The notes under the pieces were generated by a model. The model saw only the letters and a list, made by a program, of their open reading frames with translations. It did no database searches and was not told where the DNA came from. A DNA stretch of 64,000 nt. Origin: Phoronis australis. Its lineage: Eukaryota > Animalia > Phoronida. Each line of letters starts with the position of its first letter. The stretch's first letter is position 1. A program made the position numbers and the translations under genes. Of this stretch, positions 13,049 to 24,847 are shown piece by piece. Location: contig NMRA01000336.1 in the NCBI GenBank assembly GCA_002633005.1, positions 397,312 to 461,311 on the forward strand, in the 5' to 3' direction.

Positions 13049-13874
13049 NNNNNNNNNNNNNNNNNNNNNNNNNNNNNNNNNNNNNNNNNNNNNNNNNNNN
13101 NNNNNNNNNNNNNNNNNNNNNNNNNNNNNNNNNNNNNNNNNNNNNNNNNNNNNNNNNNNNNNNNNNNNNNNNNNNNNNNNNNNNNNNNNNNNNNNNNNNN
13201 NNNNNNNNNNNNNNNNNNNNNNNNNNNNNNNNNNNNNNNNNNNNNNNNNNNNNNNNNNNNNNNNNNNNNNNNNNNNNNNNNNNNNNNNNNNNNNNNNNNN
13301 NNNNNNNNNNNNNNNNNNNNNNNNNNNNNNNNNNNNNNNNNNNNNNNNNNNNNNNNNNNNNNNNNNNNNNNNNNNNNNNNNNNNNNNNNNNNNNNNNNNN
13401 NNNNNNNNNNNNNNNNNNNNNNNNNNNNNNNNNNNNNNNNNNNNNNNNNNNNNNNNNNNNNNNNNNNNNNNNNNNNNNNNNNNNNNNNNNNNNNNNNNNN
13501 NNNNNNNNNNNNNNNNNNNNNNNNNNNNNNNNNNNNNNNNNNNNNNNNNNNNNNNNNNNNNNNNNNNNNNNNNNNNNNNNNNNNNNNNNNNNNNNNNNNN
13601 NNNNNNNNNNNNNNNNNNNNNNNNNNNNNNNNNNNNNNNNNNNNNNNNNNNNNNNNNNNNNNNNNNNNNNNNNNNNNNNNNNNNNNNNNNNNNNNNNNNN
13701 NNNNNNNNNNNNNNNNNNNNNNNNNNNNNNNNNNNNNNNNNNNNNNNNNNNNNNNNNNNNNNNNNNNNNNNNNNNNNNNNNNNNNNNNNNNNNNNNNNNN
13801 NNNNNNNNNNNNNNNNNNNNNNNNNNNNNNNNNNNNNNNNNNNNNNNNNNNNNNNNNNNNNNNNNNNNNNNNNN
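13049..13874. other. Assembly gap (N run), preceded by a ~44-nt poly-T
   Basis: Seen directly in the sequence. Confidence 1.
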
Positions 13875-14320
13875 GGATTTTCATGAAATTTGGTATGTAG
13901 GCACCTAGTAGTGAGATGACGCTATCCTGCCGTTTTCGGATGGATTCGACATAGTTTGCGCCACCTAGTGGCCATTTTTACTGTTTTCGAGTCTGTTTTT
14001 GTGCTTCCACCCCTCTATCAACCAAACCGCTCAAAGGATGATTGTGAAAATTGGCATGTATGTGCTTACTATGTAGAGGACGGTTGACGATGATTTTCCG
14101 ACGATTTCGACTACTGTGGCGCCTCCTAGTGGCAGTTTTGTTTTTTTTTGCGCCTATGGCTGTATCTCCTAAACCGTTCGCAGGATCTTTACGAAATTGT
14201 GTAAGTATATTTATATGATGTTAACAACGAAAGATGACGACTTTTGGACGGATCCGACTACCGGTGTGCCCCCTAGTGGCAATTTTATTTTTTTTACGCT
14301 TACCTTTGTATCTTCATTTC
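13875..14320 (+). mobile_element. Partial HINE/DINE-1-like (Helentron-associated) element: internal tandem-repeat unit
   Basis: Nearly identical to 63790-64000 and similar to 53690-54480; recurring CCTAGTGGC motif. Confidence 0.65.
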
Positions 14321-16869
14321 ATGTGGCAAGCCTGGCCTCAAGCACTACACAACTGCCACTTCTTCCATTATACAGAAATTATTCCACGTGCGAGTAAAGA
14401 AGAAGTTGAGACTAATTTTATCAATTAATTTAATTTTTTTAACCGCCAAAAACGGCTTAATAGCAACTTTACAGAGACATGTCTTCTCAACTAGCTATTA
14501 GAAACTCAACATTAATCAGAGCAGCTCATTTACACAAAGTATTTATGAAATCATAAGACATCTAAATTTGAGAGTATTTGAGCAACATATTTTTAGACAT
14601 GTTGTGTTGAAAGCATCGTTCTACGTATAAGTAACAGTGTTAATTTTCACATGTTTAGTTAAGTAGCTTGTGGCAAGGTGTATGTGATCATTCTTTAAGG
14701 ATTTACCTATTGTTCATAATCATTGTTTAATCACTGTTTAATGAACTGTTTTTATGTAATATGTTATGTGACTTGAATGTAATATCAATAGTACTGACTT
14801 GGAGTAATCATTGTACAAACTGACCCATGATGAGACTGGACTGACGACAATTAGAGAGAATATCAATTCTCGCCCTCCGCATTGATTGCTTTCCCATGCC
14901 ATGAAGTACATGAAGTACGAAATAGCGGCACACCACCAGATACAGCAGACAGGTCAGGAGCCTCGCTTTTGCTCCTAAAGAGATTCACATGTTAGCATCT
15001 GTTGTCTGAATACCTTATATTTTCTATCATATTTAAGTCATGTCTAGAAAGTATCACTACTGTGCCATAGGCTGCAATTCCAATTCAAAGTAGGATGAGC
15101 TGGATAAATATCCATGGATGAAGAATGTCATATTTCATACTAAATCCCACGATCAGCAGACGCCATTGTGAAAATGTGCCCATCGTGTGCCCTAAGTGCC
15201 ACCATTGTGCAATAGCAATCTTACCTAATCACGGAGAAGTGCAGTACTCCGCGGTAGTGCGGTACAAGAGAATTCAGGCTTCTTAACTGCAACATCTTGA
15301 CACATGATAATCAGAAAATTTGGTGGCCAAATACTCTGAAATCATGCACCCACCCAGCCTTCAATGTGGGGGGATCGAATTCCTGACGTTGTAGATCTTT
15401 TGGTAACAAAAAAGCAGGCCACTATTGTGAATTGCGCGTTTGTGCTTATTAAGTGTGCTTTTGTCTCATTTTCTCAGACATTTTGTTTCTCTGAGGCGAA
15501 CCTTTTTGCCCACTTCGCCAAATGGGGGGCTCATTCGAGCCTCCTGAGCCCCCCTGGGTGCGCGCATGGAAATCATAATACTTAGAAAATGATTTTACTT
15601 TCCCGAACAGAGTAAGCAATGGGCATGTAAATTAAGAGTCAACATACTGTTAACACTTTGGCAAGAGCTTCTTGTCACCATTTTGTAGTAGTTTATCTTA
15701 TACCATGACTTCCGTATTTAGGATGCACAAAGCATTGGGAAATGCCCTTCTAAACAATACTAAATAGGTTATACAGTGAATACTTGTGAATAAATAGATA
15801 ATTTGCTATGCTATTATTTTCGGTAGCCTGTGGTCACTGCGGGGATCTAAGCAGCTGCTTACATTGCAAAGCAGGCAGTTTGGCCCTGCTTTATTTTCAA
15901 ACATTCAAAGTGATCCCTTTTGAAGAGAATTAAATTAAAAAACTAGGTACACTCGCCAAGGGAATTTTATCAGAAAAGGAACTCTTTCTATCTTAGCAGA
16001 ACATACCGTAATTCCCATCTATGGAAGTACCTGAAGCCTGGCATTCATAGCAACCATAGACCACCACATTTGACAAGATCAACTCTGAATTATGAACAGG
16101 GATTTGACTTATGTATAAACCACAGCATAGTCGATATACAAACTCCGTCCTTTGTGGACATCACACTACTTGGTCGTGCCGCAAACTCAACAACATCAAG
16201 GACACGGTATAAACTGGACATGCTTTTATCACCAATTTGAATGAGCTATTACCTACTGGCGTTGTTTGGGTTACTATTCTGATAATGAAAACAATCATCA
16301 TGTTTCACTAAAAACTCTAATGTTTATGCCATCAGCTTAATGTGCACAGCCAGTGACATGTCATTCACCAAACAAAGACTAGCTGTATCTGTATATGCCT
16401 GAGAATTTAAAATTAACCAGGTAAGCTTCCTGGCCACGCGGGGCAGTCTACCATCATCAAATAGCATTATGGGGATGTTGTAAAAGTGGTCTGCAGTTGC
16501 CTGCAGAGTGCATATGGGAAATCATTGCTCTCTCTAGTGACCCTATACTTAGGTTATTGGTATTCTAGGCTCATGTTACACTTTTAAAGGTATTAGCCAA
16601 AGTGACTATAAAGCATCATGTAAAAATGTCTCAGACAAATACTTTCTCCCTATCTCGGGGTTACAGTGGCGGTACGTCAGCCACATGGGCATGATTTCGA
16701 CATTAAAAAATTGAGCAGGGCTTTCCCTATACCTGGGTTGAGGCATGAGTACGCCGGCCACATGGGAATTGCAATGATGTTTAATTTATAATCAAGAGCA
16801 AAGCGGAGCATTGAAATGCTCCCACAAATGCACCACAAACAGGGTAATTCTAAGGTTGTTTATTTGCAT

Positions 16870-18015
16870 CATTAAAACAGCCACTACATGGCGCAAAACC
16901 GTCCAAACCATCCGAAAAACAGCTCATGTCATCACTTCTTAAATAAAAAGCTATTCACCAAATTTCATAAAAATCTGTCAAGAAACTTCTGGAAGTCGTA
17001 GTCTTCTGTTGTTAGCTTCATATAAATACACTCACTAAATTTAATTAACATCTTGCAGTGAGTTTAGGAGACACAGCTATGGGATCAAAACAAAACAAGA
17101 CTACCACTAGGAGGCGTCACAGTACTTGAAGTAATCATCGTCAACCGTCCTCTCCACACTGAGGACATATATATGCTAATTTTCAAAATCATCCTTAGAA
17201 TGGTTTGGTCGAAAGAGGAGTGGATGCCAAAAAAACTCGAAAACAGCAAAAATGGCCACTTGAAGGCACAAAATACCTCGTTTCCATCCCAAAACGAGAG
17301 AATAGCGTCATCTCACTAATAGATGCCAACAATCCAAATTTAATGAAAATCTGTTGAGGACCTTTGAAGATACAGAGGTAAACGTAAAAAAACTAAAGTT
17401 GTCACTAGGGGCAAACCAGTAGTCAGGTCCGTCCAAAAGTGGTCATCGACCGTTGTCAACTTTATATAAATATACTTGCTAAAATAACTAAAGATTCTGC
17501 AAACAGTTTAGGAGATACAATTATGGGCGCAAAAAAAACAAAACTGCTACTAGGAGGCACCACAGTAGTCAAAGTTGTCGGAAAATCATCATGAGTCGTC
17601 CTCTTCATAATAAGAATATACATGCCAATTTTCACAATCATCCTTAGAGCAGTTTGGTTGATAGAGGGGTGGACGCCAAAAAACAAGACTCGAAAACAGT
17701 AATAATGCGTCCACATATAAATATGTGGGCGCATAAAAATGACCACTAAGTGATCATTCGCAAACGGTAGGATAACATCACCTCACTAATAGATCATTAC
17801 AAGCAAAATTTCATGAAATTCTGTTGAGTACCTTTAAGTTACAGAGGTAAACGTAAAAAACTAAAATTGCCACTAGGGGGCACACCGCTAGTCAGATCCA
17901 TCCGAAAGCTGTCGTCATCCAATGTTAACATCATATGGACGGACGCTGGGCGGACGGCGAGACAGGGATGACGGCATAATGCATTCACATATGAATATGT
18001 GGGCGCGTGAAAATT
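16870..18015 (-). mobile_element. HINE/DINE-1-like element(s) with an internal tandem array; a second head motif lies at 17700-17740
   Basis: Minus-strand head TTTTCACGCGCCCACATATTCATATGTGAATGCATTATG (stem-forming), followed by GTCC-type microsatellite and GCCACTAGG-containing repeats shared with the other copies. Confidence 0.65.
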
Positions 18016-18336
18016 AGGCAGGATTTCCCTCCCATCCCCGTTAATGTTGGGCTATGCCGGCTATATGGACATTTCACTGATGTTTACCTAAAAACTACTG
18101 GGCAGGGATTCCGCCAATACCTCGATTATGGCGGGGGTATGCTGGCCACATGGGCATGTCATCAATATTGACCTAAAAAATTGGGCATTGAGGGATTCCC
18201 TCAATCCCCGGGTTACTGTGGGGTACGCCAGCCACATAGGCATTTTGATGAGCAAAATACTGAGGTCCAAAAACATTAAAATAGCTTGTGGCTTGCAAAT
18301 AAAGCTAAATTGTGCATAGTATGGAATATAAAACTA

Positions 18337-19240
18337 GGGAAGGCAACCTTTTTTCATGACATTTTTAGTAAAAATATCGTTCGCTGATTGTCCCAGACAA
18401 ATTTTTCAGTTAATAATAGCTTACTGTAATTTTATCAATAAAGACGTGCCTCACTCCAGAAGTGATGTTTTGGGAGTTTGTTTTCATATGGTCTGACGGT
18501 ATGAGCTGTCGAGCCAGTCATTGATTTACCTAAGTTGCGATAAGTTCAGTCGTCGTTTGCATTTGTTTACAATTCAGTCAACATGCCACAGGGCTGCTGC
18601 ATACCAGGGTGTACTCATTATCGTCTCACACGCACTTTGGGTATTACATTGGTTTCCGAAAGATGACGCGCACCGCCGTACTTGGCTTGTTCATGTGAAG
18701 AACACAGCGTTGCCGTCCACGCTATGTACAAAGCACTGGAGAATTACCGAGTATGTGGCAACGCTTGAAAAAGGGTGCCATATTGTGCCCGTTGACTTCC
18801 GGCAGTGCCCCTCTCGCCACCCCCAAGAAGTGCATTTTTGAAGCAAGCAGCCTCGCGCCCTACGGAGGCCTTTCATCTACTGTCGCCCGTGCCTCTGAAC
18901 ATACCCCAGAGCTTGTGAATTCTGGGAACAAGCAGGGATTTGCTCAGTGCCGGTGTTGCCTCCAGCCCAGAGTCTGTAAGCAGCTCTGTTCGTCATGAAA
19001 TGGAACCTGCACTTGCTGTTTTTAGGACTTGGAATCAAAGTAAGAATGTTGTTCGCTGCGCGATTTCATTCAAGCTGACTGTGAGTCAGCACACCAAAGT
19101 AGATTTCCCGAAATTAATTTTTATGTTCAAGTTACAAAAGCATTTGCCAAGTTGGCGAATGGACTTAACGCTATCATCGCCAGTGCAGCTCAGAATCCGT
19201 CAATGGCGAGCTGGTAAGCGACTAGCACGATCCTAGGTAC
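18337..19240 (+). mobile_element. Truncated Kolobok-type element with a B end and a decayed THAP-domain coding region
   Basis: GGAAGGCAACCTTTTTTCATG end matches 20768 and 22044. An ATG near 18583 gives MPQGCCIPGCTHY, then, frameshifted, LHWFPKDDAHRRTWL (THAP C-x-x-x-C...FP...W pattern). Right boundary uncertain. Confidence 0.65.
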
Positions 19241-19708
19241 TCATGCAGTATTCGCATAACTCACGTACCTGGCTGGTCGAGCAGTTCGATTCCAGGTAAT
19301 GGAGAACAGGATTGAAAAAATTTGACATTTTGCAAACATTGGAATTATCAATTTATAGATTACATCCTTCAAGGAAGAGGATAGTGACGTAAAAAGTAGC
19401 CTACAGTCAGCTGAAAAGTTCACAGTGGTAATCATTACTCTTGCATGAGTCCTAGAGCTCTTAGTTGTTTTTGAATTCTAAAGGTGTGTACTTAACTAGG
19501 GCAAGTGTTTGATGTATAATGGACCCAGATTTAGAGACCCAGTTTCATCCACTAAATTATGTGGACCTAAAAGTGAGAGCCATGACCACTGAGCTCTTAA
19601 TATAAATGTAACATTAATTTTAGAGCCAACACTGATGAATACCAACCACCAGGACACCATTAGTAGGTTCAGCATTAAATTCGTTTGGCCTACCGAGTAT
19701 TACACCGG

Positions 19709-19893
19709 TAGATAGTGACAACCATCTCTAGCTGGCCCAGTAGAGACAGTGTTGCTCCTATAGGCACTTCATACACCAGAAGCTTTTTGGCAAATTATGT
19801 CTCAAACCAACTTAAACATCTAACTTGCGTTGCTAAAAACACCTTATGTACATAGAGGGACACCTTAATTAGGTGGCCGTCGATGTTTTTAAT
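19709..19893 (+). repeat. ~185-bp dispersed repeat; an inverted copy lies at ~23608-23790
   Basis: AGTGACAACCATCTCTAGCTGGCCCAG...CATAGAGGGACACCTTA...GCCGTCGATGT matches the reverse complement of 23608-23790. Confidence 0.75.
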
Positions 19894-19899
19894 TCTTTC

Positions 19900-22800
19900 A
19901 AACTCGAACACATATTCCTGCTGTCAAACTTCAGTTCCTAAAGTTGGTAATTAAATCAGTTCTTGGCCACAGTACCATTAAAAACCGGATGATCACCGCA
20001 CAAATGAAGAAGTTCATGAAAAATCAACATTTCTTCTATTCGTTAGGGTTAACTTTCAGTATACCCACTCATCACATCAACACCATGAAGACTAAAGCAT
20101 CGTTCGAATCATTCTACAAGATCGCTTCCACCCTAATCCCTGACAAAATGAGGCTTAAACACCACCTTCGGGAACTGTGTTATCGCTACATCTATGGTTA
20201 TAACAGTAACCAACTCCAGAATCTCACACCGGTTGAGTACCAGGCTTTACGTTCCCTGTCGCAACGTCAAGACATCACCATCGCACGTCCTGACAAAGAC
20301 AACCGTAATGTGATCATGGATAAGACTGACTACCTTTCTAAGCTACATGACATCGTTAATAACAGTTCTAAATTCACCAAGCTGGATTGTGACCCGGCAG
20401 CTAAGCGCAAACAACACTTACAGAACTGCATATTCTTAAGCGGACAGGCGCATTGGACCAGGAAACTTACAATCGTGCAAGACCATACGTGTCATAGCCA
20501 GCACGTCTGTACGCCCTGCCTCAGACACACAAGGATGGTGTACCGCTACAATCTGTTGTGTCCTGTGTCAGAACTTACACTCACGAGCTTGCCATATCCC
20601 TGGTTAAAATTCTCAAACCTATCAGTGAGAATGACTACACACTTAGATTCTTTTCAGCTTGTTAATGAAGTTCGTGCATTTAATGATGCACCGTTTATGT
20701 GTAGCCTACATGTTTGCAGCCTGTTCACTAATGTACCTGTGGATGAAGTCATTGAATTGTGTCTTAAAGACGAAGGCAACCTTTTTTCATGTCATTTTAG
20801 CAAAAGTAAGGTTCGTTGATTATTCCAAACATATTTTTCACTTATTTACATCATTTCGTAATTTAAATAATTACTCGTCATCTACTCCGGAAGTGACGTT
20901 TTGGGAGGCAAGAATTTCGCGCCAATTTCTTTTCATATAGTCTGACTGTGAGAGTAGTCGAGTCAGTCATTATTCTACCTCGGTTGTGATAAGTTCGGTC
21001 ATCGTTTACATTTGCTTACCGAGTCAGTCAACATGCCACGCTGCTGTTGCATACTGGGATGTACTCATTATCGTCTCACGTACAGAGGAAGGACTGTCCC
21101 ACTTGCCCGAGTGTCCCGCGACACACTCCCACTGGAGGGTGATCTGAGCACCCAAACTGCTTACATCCCACCGTGTGACTCCCTCGCCACACACCTGGCA
21201 CCTTCTAAATAGCTCCAATACAAGTCTATAATAAACTTATCAAACTTAGGCTCACCGATCTGTTCATTGGATGACGAACTGTCCTCTTCATATTCACTCC
21301 CACTACTCAACATCGCTGCAGGGCTGATTACAGGCTCTGGGCTAGAGACAACAGCACAGGGCGACATCACTGCTAGTTCCTGGAACTGCACACTATGGGG
21401 TACGTTTGGAGGCATGGGTGACAGTAGATGAAGTGCCTCCAGTCACTGTAAATAGTGGCCACAGCTCGAGAGGCTTCTCGCTTCAAAAACGCACTTCTCG
21501 GGGTTGGCGACGAAGCACTGTCGGGAATCATCAGCGATGGTATGGTACCCTTTTTCAGGCGTTATTTCGCAGGGACCTTCATCAATTCAACGTACATATC
21601 TCTGTCATAATCTGACGGCAGAAAATGCTTGCCACACACTCGATAACCCTCCACTGCTTTATACATTGGGTGGACGGGTAGTGCTGCGTTCTTCACATGA
21701 CCGAGCTAGCCAAGTACGGTGAAGTGTGTCATGTTTCGGAAAGTGATGCAAGGTACCCAAAGCACGTGTGAGATGATAATGAGTACATCCAGGCACGTAG
21801 CATTAGCGTAGCATGTTGACTGACTTGTAAACAAAAGCAAACGACGACCGAACCGAGGTAGAACAATGACCGACTTGAAAAGAAATTAGCGCGAAACTCT
21901 TGCCTCCCAAAACGTCACTTCCAGAGTAGAGGACGAGAAATTAATCAAATTACGAAAAGCTGTAATTAAGTGAAAAATGTGTCTGGGATAATCAACGAAC
22001 CTTATTTTTGCTAAAAGTGACATGAAAAAAGGTTGCCTTCGCCTTTAACAAGCTGTTTATTGATACTGACAAGGTCCATAAATTGACTCGTAACCAAGTA
22101 AGTTACTCACGATCGCACTTAAACATAACCATTTTCTGTTTGATGATAACTTTGATGATCAGATTGACAGAGTGGCCATGAGTTCACCCCTGGGACCAGT
22201 GTTAGCTAATATTTTCATGTGCAATCTCGAGACTGAGGCTCTGGCTAGTTGTCCACCGTATTGTAAACCAAAATTTTATAATAGGTATGTAGACAATACT
22301 TTTGTTGTATTTCAATCCAAGAGCTCAGTGAACACTTTTCACTCAATCACATGAACAATATGCATCCGTCCATCAACTTCACCAGTGAATCTGAGCACGA
22401 GTCGTGTTTACCTTTTCTAGATGTCTTGGTTAAACGTGAGAATAGCACCGTTGTTACATCTGTGTATCATAAGCCCAGTTTTTCTGGGCTTTATATTAAA
22501 TTTGATAGTTTTGTACCGATCCAATACAAGAGAGGTCTAGTCAATTGCTTGTTACACCGTGCCTGGAGAATTTGTTCCACCAATTTAAGTTTTGATAGTG
22601 ATGTAGCTAGGATTTTCCAGTTATTGTGTGCCAATGGTTACCCTCTGAATTTTTTGAATAGCTGTAAAAGGCACTTCCTTTCAAAAATGAATGAGGCAGA
22701 TAAGGTGGCTAATATTGGACCCGAGAAAAAGAAAGTTTTCTTTTCCCTTGGTTACACCGGGCCTAGCAGTATAAAATTGAAACATCAATTATCTCGCCTT

Positions 22801-23375
22801 ATTCATTGCATAGACCCAGTCGTTGAACTGATAGTTGTTTTCAAACCTCTTCGGAAACTTTCCAGTATGCTATGTAAACTGAAGTCACCCATCCCTTTAT
22901 TGAACAAAAGCAATGTTGTTTATAAGGTTGAATGTGACAACTGTAAGGAATTCTAAATCGGCCTCACACAGAGATGCCTCTGTGACAGGCTGAGAGAACA
23001 TCACACCTCAGAGAAAAGCAACATATATAGGCTAGGCATTGTGTTAACAACAATCACCAAGCCAATTCAGTTAGTGTTATCTGCAGTGTAACTAATAAAG
23101 AATTACTGTACATTAAAGAGTCACTGGTCATTCAGAACCAGCATGCTAGTGATTCCCTGAACAACATGCAGAGCTCAGTGACCCTGCAACTATGGTGATG
23201 ACCAGCTACTGACTACTCTGTATCTCTCACTTCACTTCATGGATGTCACCTGAGATGTATGTTGGCACTAATGTTGTCCTATGTAAATAACCTGATGAAG
23301 TCTAACGAATAGACAAAACCTTGATTTATCACGAACTTCTTCATTTGTGAGGCAATCGTCCGGTTTTTGAATTTG
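19900..23375 (+). mobile_element. Penelope-like element (RT plus GIY-YIG), decayed and interrupted by a Kolobok element at 20768-22044
   Basis: Motifs DITIARPDKD..NVIMDKTDY, SLFTNVPVDEVIELCL|NKLF, VAMSSPLGPVLANIFM, NRYVDNTF, LPFLDVLV, VYHKP, and GIY-YIG NVVYKVECDNCKEF*IGLT.R.L..RL.EH. A hammerhead-like tail lies at ~23292-23325. Confidence 0.9.
20768..22044. mobile_element. Kolobok-type non-autonomous element with B ends on both sides and two convergent THAP starts
   Basis: TTAA at 20764-20767 and 22045-22048; removing the element restores the Penelope RT (ELCL-NKLF). Inverted arms of ~300 bp. MPRCCCILGCTHY at 21033 (+) and a related start near 21814 (-). Confidence 0.88.
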
Positions 23376-24041
23376 ACTGGCCATTTTTACACTGCGCACG
23401 CCAGCAGATACGACTTATCATACCACCTGCAGTGTTTAAAATGTCCAGTTACTGATTTTGGGAACTGAATGAAGGAGTGTTTGGTGAAAGTTTGATAACA
23501 GGAATATTTGTTGAAGTTGGAAGGAATTGCGGTCCCTGATTTTGAGAACCAGTTTCATCCACTGAATAACAGACCCGTTCATGGACTACTATATCAGACC
23601 AGTGCTGGGATTAAAGACATCGACGGCCTCCTAAGGTGTCCCTCTATGCCCATAAAGTATTTATGAAAATGTGAGGTAGATGTTTTAGCTGGTGTGAGGC
23701 ATAATTCGCCGAAAAGCTTCCCGCATATGAAGCACCTATAGGAGTACACCGTCTCTGCTGGGCCAGCTAGAGACGATGGTCACTGTCTAACAGTAACAGA
23801 GAACTAGTAGTACAGTGGTGCACATATGCTGGCTGCCAAAATTCATACTTGAGTTAAATAAACAAAATACGTAGTCGTAATAATCGGTGAATGAATAATA
23901 AATACGTGTCTGAAGCCATTCACATCGTCACGTCTAACAACGGCATTTATCACCATTGTTTAGTTTTACGACTACTGAACCAACGGGACCTAATTAATCA
24001 AAGCAAGTTGAAGTGCAAATTATCGCTTTAAATCGACTTAC

Positions 24042-24098
24042 TTCCGACCGAGACTTTGTATGAAATGTCCCATTCATGCATCGGTTATGGTTGTTCAT
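24042..24098 (-). CDS. FBXL20: F-box/LRR-repeat protein FBXL20/FBXL2-like, coding exon 1 (MNNHNRCMNGTFHTKSRSE)
   Basis: ATG at 24098-24096, 19 codons, then a GTAAG donor in phase 0. NG..TKSR.E resembles the vertebrate FBXL20 N-terminus (NGVTKSRFE). Splices in frame to the exon at 7575. Confidence 0.8.
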
Positions 24099-24847
24099 GA
24101 TTAGTTCTCACTAAAGGTCAGAACCGTGGAAGAAATTGCAATTTTAAAGTGCTTCCTCACAAAAAAATAATAACATTCACAACCAACTTGATGCTGTTTG
24201 TAAGCTGATCTTTGATTGGCTAATCAAGAATATCGGAACGATAATGCCGGTGTTTTATGTCTCTTCATATATTTTACAATACAACATCTTGGTGTAATGG
24301 TGCTGCCGATGAAAGCAGGGTTACTATTAAAACTATCTGATTTCAATGTCTGTCCATTTCGTGTGCCAGTTCGAAATTATATGCAAAAAGTAACATTTTC
24401 TTACAATTCCCGCTGTCCAATCACGCACGTCTTTGCAAACTTCAGCGACAAAGATTTTTGTTTTGATTTAACAGCTGACATCATTCCGCGCGCACTTGAA
24501 TTGTAGTTTTCGGTCAGCGTTATCATATGGGGGTTAGTTTTCTCATAAGCACAGGCTGTGGGGAATATTTAGACAGGGAAGTGTAGTACATACCGCCAGA
24601 TGACACTGAAATGTTGCCTTCTCGTCGGACCGTGCAGCCCACGATGACGGACACTACACTGGCCATGCATTCGCATATTCAAAGCATTTCACTAACTGTG
24701 GGGAATCCGGGAGCTAGGGCCCAATAAAATCCGGGAGCTAGGACCCAGTAAACAGCTGGGTAATTGTTTACAATATGACGACATTGACCTACACACAGGA
24801 TTAGTTACTTATTGTGACAAAAGGTTGCTGGGAAGTTAGTTACTTAT

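Noticed and set aside
12810-13908. Long 300-360 aa ORFs in the track
   Set aside because: They are artefacts of reading through poly-T and the N gap.
16640-18250. Recurring GCCAGCCACATGGGCAT-like units at 16640-16780 and 18020-18250
   Set aside because: This is a real but degenerate minisatellite split by the HINE-like insertion; no function or element class could be assigned.
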